From: Catajapyx aquilonaris
Lineage: Eukaryota
Length of the DNA stretch: 60,913 nucleotides
Assembly (NCBI GenBank): GCA_000934665.2
Contig: KZ538575.1
Span: 1 to 60,913 of the forward strand
Direction of reading: 5' to 3'
A program made the translations under genes and the position numbers. Each line of letters begins with the position of its first letter. Within the stretch, counting starts at the first letter, position 1. The notes below the pieces were generated by a model, which was given only the letters and a program-made list of their open reading frames with translations, did not search any database and was not told where the DNA came from. This document shows, piece by piece, positions 24,546 to 38,304 of the stretch.

Positions 24546-27500
24546 TACGCCGTAATCAAATGCCCTGAGTAATGTGATAATGTCAAGTTTTAAGCACATC
24601 CAGGTATTGTTACGAAGTCTTAATGTGATTGTAAGTGAAAGTGTCCAATTTTGAGCATTTAATGTTAAACCCTACTAAATTACTATCATACATACTCTCC
24701 ATATGTAGTACGGTAAGCGGTCTGGACACTATTGAGTTCGTTCAGATATTGACCGCTGAACCCGTCCGTTTACCAAGTGGAAAGCGTTTCGTTATTATAT
24801 TCGTAATATCATGTACAGTCCGTGAACAGAGGGCATAAATACATATTGTATTATCAAAAGGTCTATTATACTGTGGTATTCGAAAACTACCAGTAGTTTA
24901 TTTGAGCATGTTTAGAGCTGCATGAATGCGTTATTCGGAGAAAGCAGCCACAATTTCTGCTATTTCAGAAGCAAATTGGCAACCGAGCATTATTTTAGGT
25001 ATATGGCAAAGCGAGAGATACCATAGTACTGTACATGTTTTCTCTCATTATTAGGCCTACTCCAAAAGCACCCAGTTACATTGACATGTTGCATTTTCAG
25101 CCTTTTTACCTATTTATCTCGTTTAGTACTCAGTCAGGTGAATTCATACACCCAGTTCCATGAACCTTTGAAACTGTTACTTAAAGTTAACTACAACATA
25201 GCGGATTATACAGTATTTCCACAACACGCGAATTTCTCTATTCGACCAAGATTCGACTGATTACAAACTAACCTGCCAAATTCCGTATTTTGATGCACAC
25301 AGTCAGTACCAGCTGGGAGTGGTGATTCAGGGGGTAATCCTCAAACCAACAAGTGATATCCGAAACCCCCTTCCATTGGTCGAACTGTTACCGTAGGCAC
25401 ACATCCATTATGAAAAGATCAATCGGACAACCTCTTCTCACCAACAGTCATCGTTTACTGAACGCATTCTCTCTAATCGAATGTTTAAAAAACAGTAGCG
25501 GTGTTAGTTCGAGCCTTATAATAATAATAATGTTATGCTAAAAACCGCACAATATTATTGAATCAAAAAATGTTTTAGAATAAGAAACCGACATACTTCT
25601 TTCAGAAACCATGCCGCACACTCTGCCCAAGCACACGCCATGATATAGTGTAAAACTGAATATATGTATGCAATAATAATGAAGCTGATGATGAAGACCT
25701 TGATTTTTCCGGATGAAAAAAAGTCTTGTTAGCTTCCTGAGAAAGAAAGAAAGAAAAAAGGAAATGAAAAAGTTTGGGGAAAAAGTTGACCTTAGTTGAC
25801 GGCGTATAATGGAGAAAGTGGGGGAAAGCGGGTTGGGGGCTCTGAGTAAGCAGTAAGTCTCGGGGACGCTGGAAGAGACGGCCGATTTGAGGAAAATAAG
25901 CCGTTCCTCCCTCCCTCCCCTCCCATCCCCTAGTCCCCTCCCTCCAGAAAAGGCCAGTTTTCTCTCTTGGAAGTTTGATCTCTTGAAGCTCCCGTGTCCT
26001 GCGAGTCACAGGAACGCAGCGGAAAACTGCTGTCGGAGAAGTCCTTTGAAAATTGCTAGATATGGAAATCGGAGAACGGGACCTTGATGACAAGACAGTC
26101 CTTCTCCTTCCTTGATTTTGACATAAATTAGATTAGATCCGATTTTTGTACAGTGTGGTGGACAAGTCTGCCCCGTCACCTCTGTTGGAACTGTTTGCGA
26201 TTCATATGACATAATTGGAGCTTACAATTATGAAAGTTGCGGACTCATAGATCGTGAATAATTCTGAGATAATGAGAAGAAACCCGTGTCTTTTGTGCAC
26301 ACATTTTATGTGCCTTAAAACTGTCGATAAACGCAGAACTGAATGAGGCAAGGCTCAATCAACACCCATCGACAGGCACAATGACAGGGTCCTCCGATGA
26401 CCCCTTTCAGCGTCAGGCGCAATAACTGGCCTGAATGACCAGCACGTATAGCTGTAATGAAAAGCTAATTGAGATGGCGGACACATTATAGTGGAATCAT
26501 ATGTTGGAAGAACGACACGAGACAGCTGGATGAAAATATCGGCGCGGTTGACGCGCGTAATGGGGAGAGGAGGAGAAGCCATTGTATTCGTGTATAAGAA
26601 GGGTGAGATTGGGGTTTGGGGTTGCACGAAAATTGGAGGGGGATAGAGCAAAAAGAAGGCAGGCAGCTGATGGGCCTCCTTCGTGCCACACGACACCCGC
26701 ACGGACACCGACTTACGGTACATGCACTTTGGTGGAGGGGAAAAGGTGGGTGTAGGGAGTAAGGGGGGAAAAGACGAAGCATCATCTGCAGAGGAAGCTT
26801 TTCAGGTCGCGTGTGTATAAGATTAGGCCCATCAACACAGGCGCCTCCTTAACAGCATTACATGCTTGCCTACCAAGAGAGGTTCGACATACTCGACCAA
26901 ATTGTAGACGTAGATGACAGCCCCTCCAAATGTCACAGAGGTTGTCAAACGTAGGCGTCATACTTGACAGAGTAGTCACTTCAGCTGGACGATTTTTTTT
27001 GTCAGCTTCATATTATCCTCACGCCCTACTATCATGATGAACATTGCTATTCTCTTGTTAGCCATTGACGCAGGGAGTCCTTTAGGTATATATTTCCGTC
27101 AAATCGTTTCGTTGGGTCCTTCCCCTTGGCAGCTAGGTCACGAAAGGTATACACGCGCGCTTCAACTTTTTTTTTCGTCCATTTATTCCGGAAAACACGG
27201 AAGGTACGGGGGAATTTTCTCCGCTTATAAAGTCTTTTCAGCACAATTTGCTCCTCCCTTGGGTAGCCAAAATACTAGTCAATAATAAGGGACCACTTTT
27301 CAAACACGTCATTAAATGCACGGGTTAAATTTTAATGTTTCAATCAATCGGAGGGGAAATGTTGCATACATTATTTCAGAAAGCTTTGAGTAAAATAAAC
27401 AGGATTTTAGGTTGAATCCAAGGTAGCCTTCCTTGCCCCCTGCGAGTGTCATACTTGGCTGCACAATTTCAGTCAAAATGTATAAATGTTTAATGAATGG

Positions 27501-30500
27501 TGGGTTTGAAAAGGGCAAGAGTACAGAACTTGGGCGTTGCCAAACGCTAAAATACTTGGCTGCTTTTGTCAATGAAAGCGCGACTTTCCAGGGGGTACGC
27601 ATGATGCCGGAGGTTGGATAAGTGTAACCAACATTCTTCATAAGTTACACTGTTTCTCCGTGGGAATTTTTAACATATTGTCCCTAACTTTTCATGCACT
27701 TATTGGTAATGTTGCTAATGCTATCTTCAATAACAATGAATTTTAGTCTCATAGTCAATAATAACACAATATATTTCAAGTACCGTACCGGTATTTTGAC
27801 AATGGGGCGAAACACGCTTTTATATACCACATGACACGGTCTGATGGCTATTCACTCTACAGTACAGTATAATTCCTGCAAAGCACTGTGAAATACCCTG
27901 TATAGTTAGGGCTAGAGCATACTTTATTGTGCAGTATGTTCCCTCTCAAAATATTGTTCAGGGAAGGGAGAAAGATTAAGTCTCTCCGTTCCTTCTCAGT
28001 GCAATCGCTATTCATCCAAAAGTAATTTCAAAACACTTCAGGGTTCTAAACCTGGCTTTCTCTCTATATAGAGTTGTACTGTAGGCCTACATTACCCAAG
28101 TGAACACCCAACAATGATGACGCATGCGCATTCCCACTGGTAGAAGCCAAATATGAGCAGAATAGGATATGAACAACTAGAGTGATAAATCCATTGTATT
28201 CTGCATCACTATTGGAGACATTCACGTGGGTAGTGTATTAAAACGTGCCCTAATTTTGACTAAGTTCAGTAAATATATTCCGGGTTTTCCAATAACTAGA
28301 ATGCAAACCTCGAGGCTATTTTAGGAACCAAGAGAATTACCACACTGGTGTAGTGTACGGTCCAGTTCTGGTCATATTGCGGTGAGAAACTAATTTTTTG
28401 CTATTCTCTTGCGGAAGCAGACCAAACAGTTGCTTTTTAAACAATTTAAATTTTAAATATTAGACTACTCTTCTCCTGCAGAAACAAAACTGCACCGGAA
28501 TACAATTCGCCGGTTCCGAGAAGGCAGATTTTTTAACTGGAATTTGCGCTTAAATTTACAATACCTTTTTCTCGTCATTGAATAACATTAATGCAACCAC
28601 GTGCTAGCAGTAAAAACGCCGAATTTAAATCGTGCGAACTCATTGTATAGGTCCACCATTCCCATGCACCAGAACGATCTCGACATTTGCAGATATTAAA
28701 TCAACCCCTTCAATAAATTATGCTATTACGCAGCAATGAAAAGCATGCCCTAAATTCATTTTAACTATAGAATAACGCACATAACCCTACGCCTATTTAA
28801 TTCGATACCCCCTACTTTTAATGAATATCCCTTGTAATGAGAGCGAAGCCTTGCCTAATAGACATTAGTGTATGGGTTTGCCTTGAGGCCTGAAGGGGAG
28901 AGGGTCGAGTGTAGAGGACGGGGAGAACCTGAATAGTCCCCTCACCCTTATCTCTTACTGTTTGGGTTCTCTCTCCTCCTCCTCCTCCTCTTTCCCCCCT
29001 CCTCTCCACGTGACGGGGCTCTTATTGCAAATGGAATCATTTGGAGTGCTTAGGAAAAGGACAGGCTGATGTCGCCGGTACGTACTATTACTCCGAGATA
29101 CGATCGTGGTTTCATGCGAGTGATTCTAGCGTCATCCTGCGAGACTCAGTGATATCTCCCCCCTCCCTCTTCCATTCTAAAAAACAAAAAAGACCTTCCA
29201 CCCTCTCCCTATCCTTTCAAGGCGTGTCTTCAATCACCTGTTTTTCCCCTCACCCTGCATGGTGATTGGTCACGAAAGAGTATGCACACACGCCCGTTTT
29301 TTTCATTTTTAAAATCCTGCGTTAAATATGTGATGCGTTGTTAAGAGTGTTCCGGGCTGGCATATTAAGCCAGGGGAATAGGCAGTATTTTTGCCCTGAG
29401 GCTTGGACTTATAAGCCCTTCTGCTTTCCATCGATCTTGCTTTGTTAACGCAAACTCTTGCCTATAGTTTAAAAAAGGGGGGGGAAAAAACTGAGGGCGC
29501 TGAGTAAAATTTAATAGGACCTGTTTCTTTTTTTCGATTACACACCAATAAAGGGGAGGAAGTGAGGTTGTTTTTCTGCTCCTGTTAGTTAACTTTCCCC
29601 CTCAGAATTATTATTTTTTTGGAGGGGGGAGGGGGGTATATAGATCCGATAAAGAAGGGGGGAGGGGGAGAATTCAAGTTCTACGAATTTTCATTTCCGG
29701 TGTCAGCCTCGTGGGACGAAAGCGGTTTGGTTAAATTAATGAACAATTTCCATGTCAGATTCACAAAGAATGGGATGCATATACTGGAAAAAAATACTGA
29801 CATTGAATCTGACACGATTATTCCCCCAGATTGTCTAGCGGACACTTGGGTGGAAGAGACCCTATAATTTCAGTGCGTGTACAGGATAGAAATATGGGAG
29901 GTATTCTTTAATTATATGTGAGGGAGACCTCCTTTTTTGGACACCAATGTTGTGTGACAGGAAAGAAGGTTGAATATGAACCATGTCTCCTTTTCTGGGG
30001 TGAGTTGGATAAAAGGGATGAGCCAGGCCTAGCTAGGCCTGACTCCATGTGGTCCTATCAGCAATAGTCTTGCCATAATTGATGCTTCATTGTGGTAGGT
30101 CTACAGTTTGTAGCAATAAAAAATGCACCAAAAATGGAGTATCAATCAAAGCATGACGTCAGGAAAGATGGCGTAGTGGTGAAGCAGGCGCCACCAGCTA
30201 CAGCTTCAGGGAACTAGGCCCAGCCCTTTCACTGCTAAGCAATTCCAACCGAATGCATAAGTACTAGGACGTTTGTCTCCCTTGGCAACCGGGCTTTCCT
30301 TCTCCACAGCGGTGGACTGTAATCTAGGACGGGAGCAATGTCATGCGGAGTGATTGAGTTGAAGACTCGCTGCTTATTGGACCCCTACTCTCTGCTGGAG
30401 TCAAATCAACTGATGAAACACGCGGGATAAACTTTCAGGGCGGCAGTTATCAGGACTTTGTGCCCCATAGTTCATTCTGCCTGATCCCAAAACTTGACGA

Positions 30501-33500
30501 GACGACGTTAATGCCGCCGAGAATCTCTTTATCTCCGAGGCCTACTGCATTACATTATTGCTACAACATTCAACTCTGTTTGGCCTCGATAAAATTGTGT
30601 AAATTGCCGAAAAGCCTCGCGACCAGTGGGGACACGTTAAAATGTTGTATAGAAACAGGCGTTAATTTACTGGCAAAGCCTAGTAAATGTGCGGTGAACA
30701 CGCGCTTTTGTATTCAGGTATCTTAATTAAATGATCCTGTATTTGATAATTGTTTATTGCCACTCTGCAAATGAGGCGGCCAAGTGCTGTGGTTCGCTTA
30801 GTTCTGAGAGCAAAAAAAAGGATAATTACTGTACTGCTCCCGTTTTTGTATTGGGTATACCAAAAGAGAATCTGCATAATGGAATGACTGCACTTGCATG
30901 ACCGGAATGTTCAGATAACAGTTGAGAGTTTCCTGGAGCAACATGCTCCGTTTCCTAAGCGATAGGTAATTCCTGCAGGCACTGTATACTGCAGCTTGCA
31001 TTGTGTTTACCATGTTCATCGAATTGGAGTTCCAACTATTTCTCTGGAAATGAAAAATCTGCGAGTATGGCACACAAAAGAGATGTCATGCATGCAGTGG
31101 CACAACTCCCAAATGCAAAAGCAGTAAAATGTTGTATCCTTTTATTTGAGACTGGGAGAATTGCAGAAAGGGGTCTTCCAATGCACTTGGTTCTGTGCAA
31201 CCTTAGCAAGTACGCTATCATGGGCGTGGTGGGGAAATTTACGACGAGGTAAATAAAGAAACCTCATCCAAACCAAAAGTATTTATTGCCACAAGGAATT
31301 TAAATTTAGGACTCGACTAAGGGTTAAATGAAACTGTTGAAGACGAGTAACTGTTTTTGCGGGCTTCATGCATAATAATATTATTATTCTCCTGCAGTGT
31401 AAGGTTTTGGGCTCCTCGTTTCCTGGCCAAAATGAAGTTGCGAATCTACATTTGTTTTAACCTCCGCGCAATAAATCTCTAAGAACGCAAATTTTCTCTC
31501 CACCTCCCAAATGTTTACATTAGGGACGTTTTTTTTTGGCACAACAGCAATAACCGTGGCAAGGATAAGTTATGTTTATGCTGGATTACGCCCAGTGTAC
31601 TACCAGGGTAAATGTTGCAAACCTATATGAAGTTTGACATATCTGAAATGTTTGTCTTTGTCATATGAAATGACAAGTAGATGGCCTACAATTTAGACGA
31701 ATTGTGCAGGGACCAAAATTACAGCTTGCGGAGTACACCTTCAGTCACGTTATAATATCCCAAGGGTTGTGATAATTCCGGTCAACTTAGTGAGGCAAAA
31801 ATGATTCGGCACATATGGCTCGAGGCACCATTGTTCGGAAGCTGCGATAATTTATATTTTAATTACTAAATGTACTCAAACATTCATTGCATTACACTCG
31901 CCATTTACTGTAAAACTCAACCCTCCTTTCTACCCCTTGAAACAGATATTCTCAATAAGCCTGTGCGATGTTAATTTTAGACGAGAAATAAAAAGTGCTT
32001 TGGAAGTACGTTACACGAGCCTTTTTTCGCAATTTTAGTTACGGGAGCTGGTATCTGGCACGCAGGAGGTTTTGTAACCACATCAGAGCACTTCAAAAGA
32101 AATGTATGCTCCAAAAACGAACTACTATACTGATGGCTTTTTAATCACCTTCTCACTGACCTGGTCTATAATGAAACCGGAATATCCAGGGAAGCCAGTG
32201 GAGTGCTCTATGGCAAAAAAAAATTCCTCAACGAACAGGATTCCGTTATATTCGACAGAAATTCCTCTGTATTTGGACAGGTTTACAGTATTACATTATT
32301 GTTAAATCTAGCAAGGTGGACATTGTTCACGACACATTATAAGACCCCATCCCCCTTAACTTAATCTCCCAAAAAAGTTGATAAGAAAAAGGAATCACAG
32401 GTGCACAAAATGAAACCCGAGACTTTGTCCCATAAGCTCATCCCTAGTGACACGAATATTTTTTTTTAAATAGAAAAGAACCATTGGGGGGAAAAAAAAC
32501 TCTGAAGCATTGGGTCGTGTCTGTCCATGTTGTCTGTAAGGGACAAGAGATAGTTGTGCGAGAGAGGGGAGGAGGTGGTGAGGGAGTCACCCTTGGGAGG
32601 GGAATGGCAGTATCATGCACCCGTCCGGTTGGAGTGACTTTCATAACAAATGAAAGTCGGACAGCTAGCTGATTTCCCCAGAGTAGTTTCTCTCGGGTGG
32701 TATTGCACCCCGCGCAGCCGCCCGGAGTAATAGATTCTTCTTTTGCTACCATCCGTCTGACAAGCCTCGTACCAAGATGACGAGCTGAACGGAGGGGGAT
32801 AGGGAGAGATGAGGGGAGGGTGGGCACATTGATCAACCCTCACTCCTATTTGCCACTCGGACCATACTGATCGATGCGGTCTTACCTACTTCGGGAGTTC
32901 CTTTCCCGTGGGATGGCCCATCTTTAGGCTTTTGATGCTTGTTTTTTTCCCGCGGAGGTTTAAAGGGGTCATTGGTAAATTACGGTGGGTCTCAAATTAT
33001 ATAACTGGGGTATAAATCATTTTGGGTCTGGAAAAATTTGCACAAAAACTGGCTGTAGTAAAATGCGAAAAGTGCGTATTGTAACGGACCGTGGGTCCAA
33101 CCTTTGTCAAGTGCTTTTTTATTTCTAGATTAAAATGTGAAGCCTAGAAACGTGGTTGTTACACCGCGTTCTTTTAAATTCCAATCAGTCCTTTCCCATT
33201 ATTTTTTTGTGGATGGAACGAGTGTAGTTGACAGAAAGGCTGGTTGACCGCAGTAATGGAGCTGCTCCATGCACATGCGGCTTGTCATGCGGCAAAGACT
33301 GGCCTGCGATATTCTCTCTCTCCCCTACATTTTTTAAAAGCATTCACCCACCCAAAAAGACTTCCTGAGAGGAATTTAGAAAGAAAAGAGAAAAATGTTG
33401 GTCTCAACTCTCGATTGCTGAAATGGTCTGGTACGCTTTGAAGGATCGTGACCAGGTAGTACATGCACTATTCTGAGTTCAGAGTCTGGTACGGAACCTA

Positions 33501-36500
33501 TGATACAAAAAATGGGAGTTATTTTTGCAATAAGCTTGTTTTTGCACGAAGGTACTAAATTGTGCCTTAAATGTGTTATTAATATTTCAGGATAGATTCA
33601 CTCTGCCTGGTAAGGTATATGCAGTATATTTCATATTTTAGTGCTTTTGTTTTAAACGATAGCGTCAGTTGCTTTTTAAAAAGATTAACCTAATTTCACT
33701 TTATACCGCAGGGGAGGAAAATTACACCTTTTGTAGGACATGAATACTTTTATTGCCTATAATAACGCATAAATGAAATCAAATAAGCAGCTGATGAAAT
33801 ATTGTACAGCATATGCACAAATTATGAAACCGTAATAAAATTAGGTGGTATCAAGCTCGAATGTTCTCCACATACGCAATTCATTGCTATGTACTAGACT
33901 ATGTGCCAGACTATTATGTACTAGGGTAACTAGTAGCACTCTCTATTATGTTGATTTAAGGCCGCTATTATAAATAACATCCTTTTGAAATATTGCACAA
34001 TTTGCATCCGTCACATGCATCCCTTACTGGCGTGAGAGCGACACATTACACTGTGGAGTATTAAATAGGCAACAGCAGAAGTTTTGCATTTGATGATGTC
34101 AATGAACTCAAATTGCAAACTGAAACATTAACCATCATACCATAACATTTCTAGCCAATCATTTACACTACAGCACTCACCCTACTCTCTGCTGCATGAT
34201 CATACACCCGTAATAATCTGCAGGCAACGGACACAGTTGTAAATGATCTTTTGTTACCCTCCATCAAGAGTGGAATACCGTGCATGATTTCTGACGTGCT
34301 ATTCGATCCGACATTATTCAAGCAATTAGTGTTTGGCTCGTGTAATGTTCTTTCTAAATGACGTATTGCTTCTGTGATGGATTTCAAGATGCAGCGTGGG
34401 GGGGAAGTGGCATTTGAGTAGAATATTACATAGGGATTCAATTACTGTCCTATCCGGTTTGTTTGTTTATCGGCAGGTCCTTTGAGAACCGCAACTGAGC
34501 GCTTTGCAAACACGCTAGGCGGATATTCGATTAAATGTGCGCGCCACCAAAGCTCGCAATGGAAATGATCGATAAGTAGTGCTCTCTACAGTATAGACCG
34601 TTTGAGAGCCAATTGATTGGTATGATTTTTTTTTCAAGGGTACTCAAATCTGCGTTGTAGAGCTCTGTTTTTTTCCCCGCCAAGCAATGGAACGAATGGT
34701 TTATCCTTACTGCTATGCAACCTTTGTGTCTCTCTTGACCTGTAAAATGCGTGGTTTTCAGGCGCGGGTCAATTGTATGACAAGTAACCTGTTGACACCC
34801 TTTTGGATGGGCAAGTTTTTGTGGCAGTGTGTCCAAGTAGGATGAGATTGGTCTAGGTCGGGGTGAAATCCTATCCCTACCAGGTTGGTATAGACACACT
34901 GATATCGATTGGTGTGTTTTTTATTGACTCGGATAGTGATCGACGTTATTGGCAGAGGGATAAACGTGACCCTGCCATAGCTGAAAGCTTTATTAATACA
35001 CCGAGTGAGTCATGTTTCCCTGCCATATATAGCAGCTTTGCACATTATTTATTACTGAGGGGGTTACCAGAATATGTAATAATGTTGGTAGTACGCTACG
35101 TATAGTACTAGATGTAAAAATATCTTCAATATGTCAGCTGTAAATACTCGTAAACTCCAGACTTCATTGCCTAAATGTGCTCCCATCATCAAAACGGTGG
35201 ACAAACACAAACATTTTGATGACATCTTTAAAAAGCATGCAGACTGAATAGGTTGAGCTGCGCCAGTGTTGTTGATGCAGTATATTTTTCTCCCCCCTTT
35301 TTTTTTCTTTGGATCCAAACAGATGGGTAAGCCTATGCGGCCTACTTTTCCTTCCTGGCGAAATTCTGGTCCCCGGAATTGGTTGGAATGGAGGAAGTGA
35401 ACGTGCCTTTTGAGTAGCATCCTCTTGGCGGTCTCTCGAAGGTAAACTTTGGATTCCGCACTGAAAACCGGAAAGAAAAGCAATCGCTTGTCGCAAATGG
35501 GCTCCAAATCACTATTGACTGTCTAGCCGTGGGTAGAAATTTGCTCCGATGCCCGCGTTCGACGATAATGGATGGAAATGGCTGGGATTATCTTCAAATG
35601 ACCGCACTCTTCACTCACGTAGTCATGTCTAGCATTCCGTAGATGTGAGGCCCCACCCCGCCCATGCCGTTTGGGTGAAACCAACCTTGCGTCAATGTGC
35701 TCTGTCCCAACTACAAAGTGCCAGATGTCATGGGTATACGGCTCAAACCTCGGTGTATAAATAGGTCCCAAAGTGTGGTCAGCCTTGTATTGCCTTACAG
35801 TAGGACTGCGGCGGAGAACTGTAACACTGAGAATATATATCACTGCCAGAGACGGCTTACCTGAAGCTATTTCGGAGTGAAATGGGTTGTAATTCGTCAT
35901 ATTACACGAGCCGGGGAGATTCCGGGGAAAAATTTTATTTCCATCTCGCTATGCAATTAAAGCAATGCGCTATAAAAGCGCTTGATTAACAGTTGGGCCC
36001 GTTTGTCTGAGTAGTCGGATTACTGAAACAATGTCGATTGTGAAACGATTACACCTTGGAAGCACAGTAAACTTAGCCGCTTCTCCAGTGTTGAGGGGGG
36101 CAGTCTACATGAGCTGGAAAAATGAAATGCGTTTTTTTTTTTTTTTTTTTGCAGGGATGAGAAAAAAAATGAATGTCATTTGGAACGCAGAATGGGACGG
36201 AATCGTTAAAGAATTTGAGGAATTAACGGCTCAAAATTTTGAGGGAAGCATATGTGAAATAATTTATAAGCGGCTCTAACACGAGGGATTTGAATATTGA
36301 AGGGGTGCAAGGACAGTGGGATTCTATACTCTGGGATTTCATATGTAAGGTGTACAAAACAGGATTTTTGATCAAATTGTTATTGTTTCTCGGCAAGTTT
36401 GGTTTGTTTCTGTTTGAATTTGAGAAGCGATGTGTCCTGCGGTAAAGTTTGAATTTACTCTATATATACAGTCTATACCTACACTCAGTAGTTTTAGATG

Positions 36501-37877
36501 CAGCATATGTTACTAAACTCTTATTATTTTAAGTTAGGACGAATATCGCCTCTTTTGTCATTGTTATGACTACTTGTTTATTAATGACAACAGTGGTGAC
36601 GTCAGTCCAGACTAAAAATTCCCAATGCAATAAAAATTACTTATGGAGCCATGGTTCATACAAGTGCAATGTGCCTAATGACACACGCAGGCCCTGTGCT
36701 GTACAACGATTTTTATACAATCAGACGTACTGACTAAATGCATCGCATTCTTGTTGAACCGCAACTCAAACTCCTCGTTTTTATGATTACAATTCGTAAA
36801 TTGTTCTTTCTAAATTATTGAATATTATCAAAACAAATATTCAAATAGCACTGCTGTCTTCATCTAGTATAGTTATAGAAACAATTTTCTACCTCAAAAT
36901 GAGGCCATATTATGGACGTCGATGCACATCTTTGTCTTTTCATAATTTGTGCTGTAGCATGCAATACATTTATCCAAGTTTAATTTAAATTTTATTACAA
37001 AACTGGTGCAGAACTACCGTCCACGTTCATTAAGTGAAACAGTAAAAATGCTTACAGAACTTAATATACATGCCAACAATAATTAATCTTATCCTTCAAG
37101 ACATTGCAACTTTCAATAAATTCTGCGTTTTAAAAGTTTTCTCGACTTTTGATATGAAGCCTTTAGTAAGCCAACCCATAAGAGGCAGAGAAATGTAGCC
37201 CTTTGTTACGAAGCCACCTGCAAGGTTCTTTGGACCACTTTTAATGAAGTAGGGGACATGAAAAAATGCACCCTGTTTAAAAGGTGCAAAGGGACACCTT
37301 TTAGGGCGCTGTGTATGTGACAAGGTTTTGCCTCACAAAAGGCGCAGTTTTTCTTCCTTTGTTTTCATTGTACCAGTGTAACACGTGCTATAATTAGTGG
37401 GTGGAATAATTAAGAATCATGTTTTTAAAATTAGCCTTAAAAGAAATATACCAGGAAAGGCGTTTGCCATTTTCATTTACTCACAAAACAGTGTATATAA
37501 TCATGACGCTGGACTGTGCATAGTGTAAACAGTGTTAAAAGATGCGCATTTTATGGAAACTTCTTTGTAGAGTATGTAGGCGTCTCTTTATTACCATATG
37601 TTGCGGATTGTCATGTGTACGGGAACTACACGAGATTCGCTGGAAATTCATTAAAGATGCAGTAACTCCCTACCTGTTGCGGTTATATTTAAAACACTAC
37701 CATACATTACTTTGATGTAGTAGGCTAAGTTTTGCCTCTGCTCTGTTTCTCTGAATGTTATTTTGGGGTGACGTAGACACAAGTTGGAATATCTTATTTT
37801 GTACATCAAGACCGGACAATTTATGCAGCTGAAAAGGCACTGAAATGATTACTTTCTTTCAAGATACGGTGTCTTTT

Positions 37878-37899
37878 TCTCTCTCTCTCTCTCTCTCTC
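37878..37899. repeat. (CT)n microsatellite
   Basis: Direct reading. Confidence 0.95.
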
Positions 37900-38134
37900 A
37901 GCAGTGAACCAAAAAACCGCAGGATACCACTCAAAGCCGAGGCGACGTAGCCGCAGGAATTTTAAAGCCACATTTTGACAAGTAGGTAACGTAATGAACT
38001 GCCACTCAAATGAGACACCAAGTATGACCAATTTGGAAGCCTTTAACCAGATTAGTTTCAAAGAACTTTTCAATCCCAACTGTTAAATTCCATACTAAGA
38101 AACCGAAAGTAATATTCGTATTATTGTTAGTAAT

Positions 38135-38304
38135 AGGATAATGATAATAATGAGGGAGGAAATGGGACAGCCCCGAGAAAACCACGCGAACATTGATATA
38201 GAACCCATTGAAACTCTTTCCACGTGAGAAAATTCTCTCTCCGACCCGGAATCTCAGAGGTGGATGACTCTGGCGATAACCACTCCACCACTGTGATGCC
38301 CCCC
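38135..38304 (-). mobile_element. Old SINE remnant with V/Meta-SINE-like central motif
   Basis: Minus strand: GGGGGCATCACAGTGGTGGAGTGGTTA (A-box head) and GTGGTTTTCTCGGGGCTGTCCCATTTCCTCCC, resembling the GGTTTTCTCCGGGTACTCCGGTTTCCTCCC motif of conserved-core SINEs. B-box degraded; no TSD found. Confidence 0.6.

Noticed and set aside
30168..30240. A-box-like TGGCGTAGTGG suggesting another SINE or tRNA
   Set aside because: No B-box, tail or TSD found.
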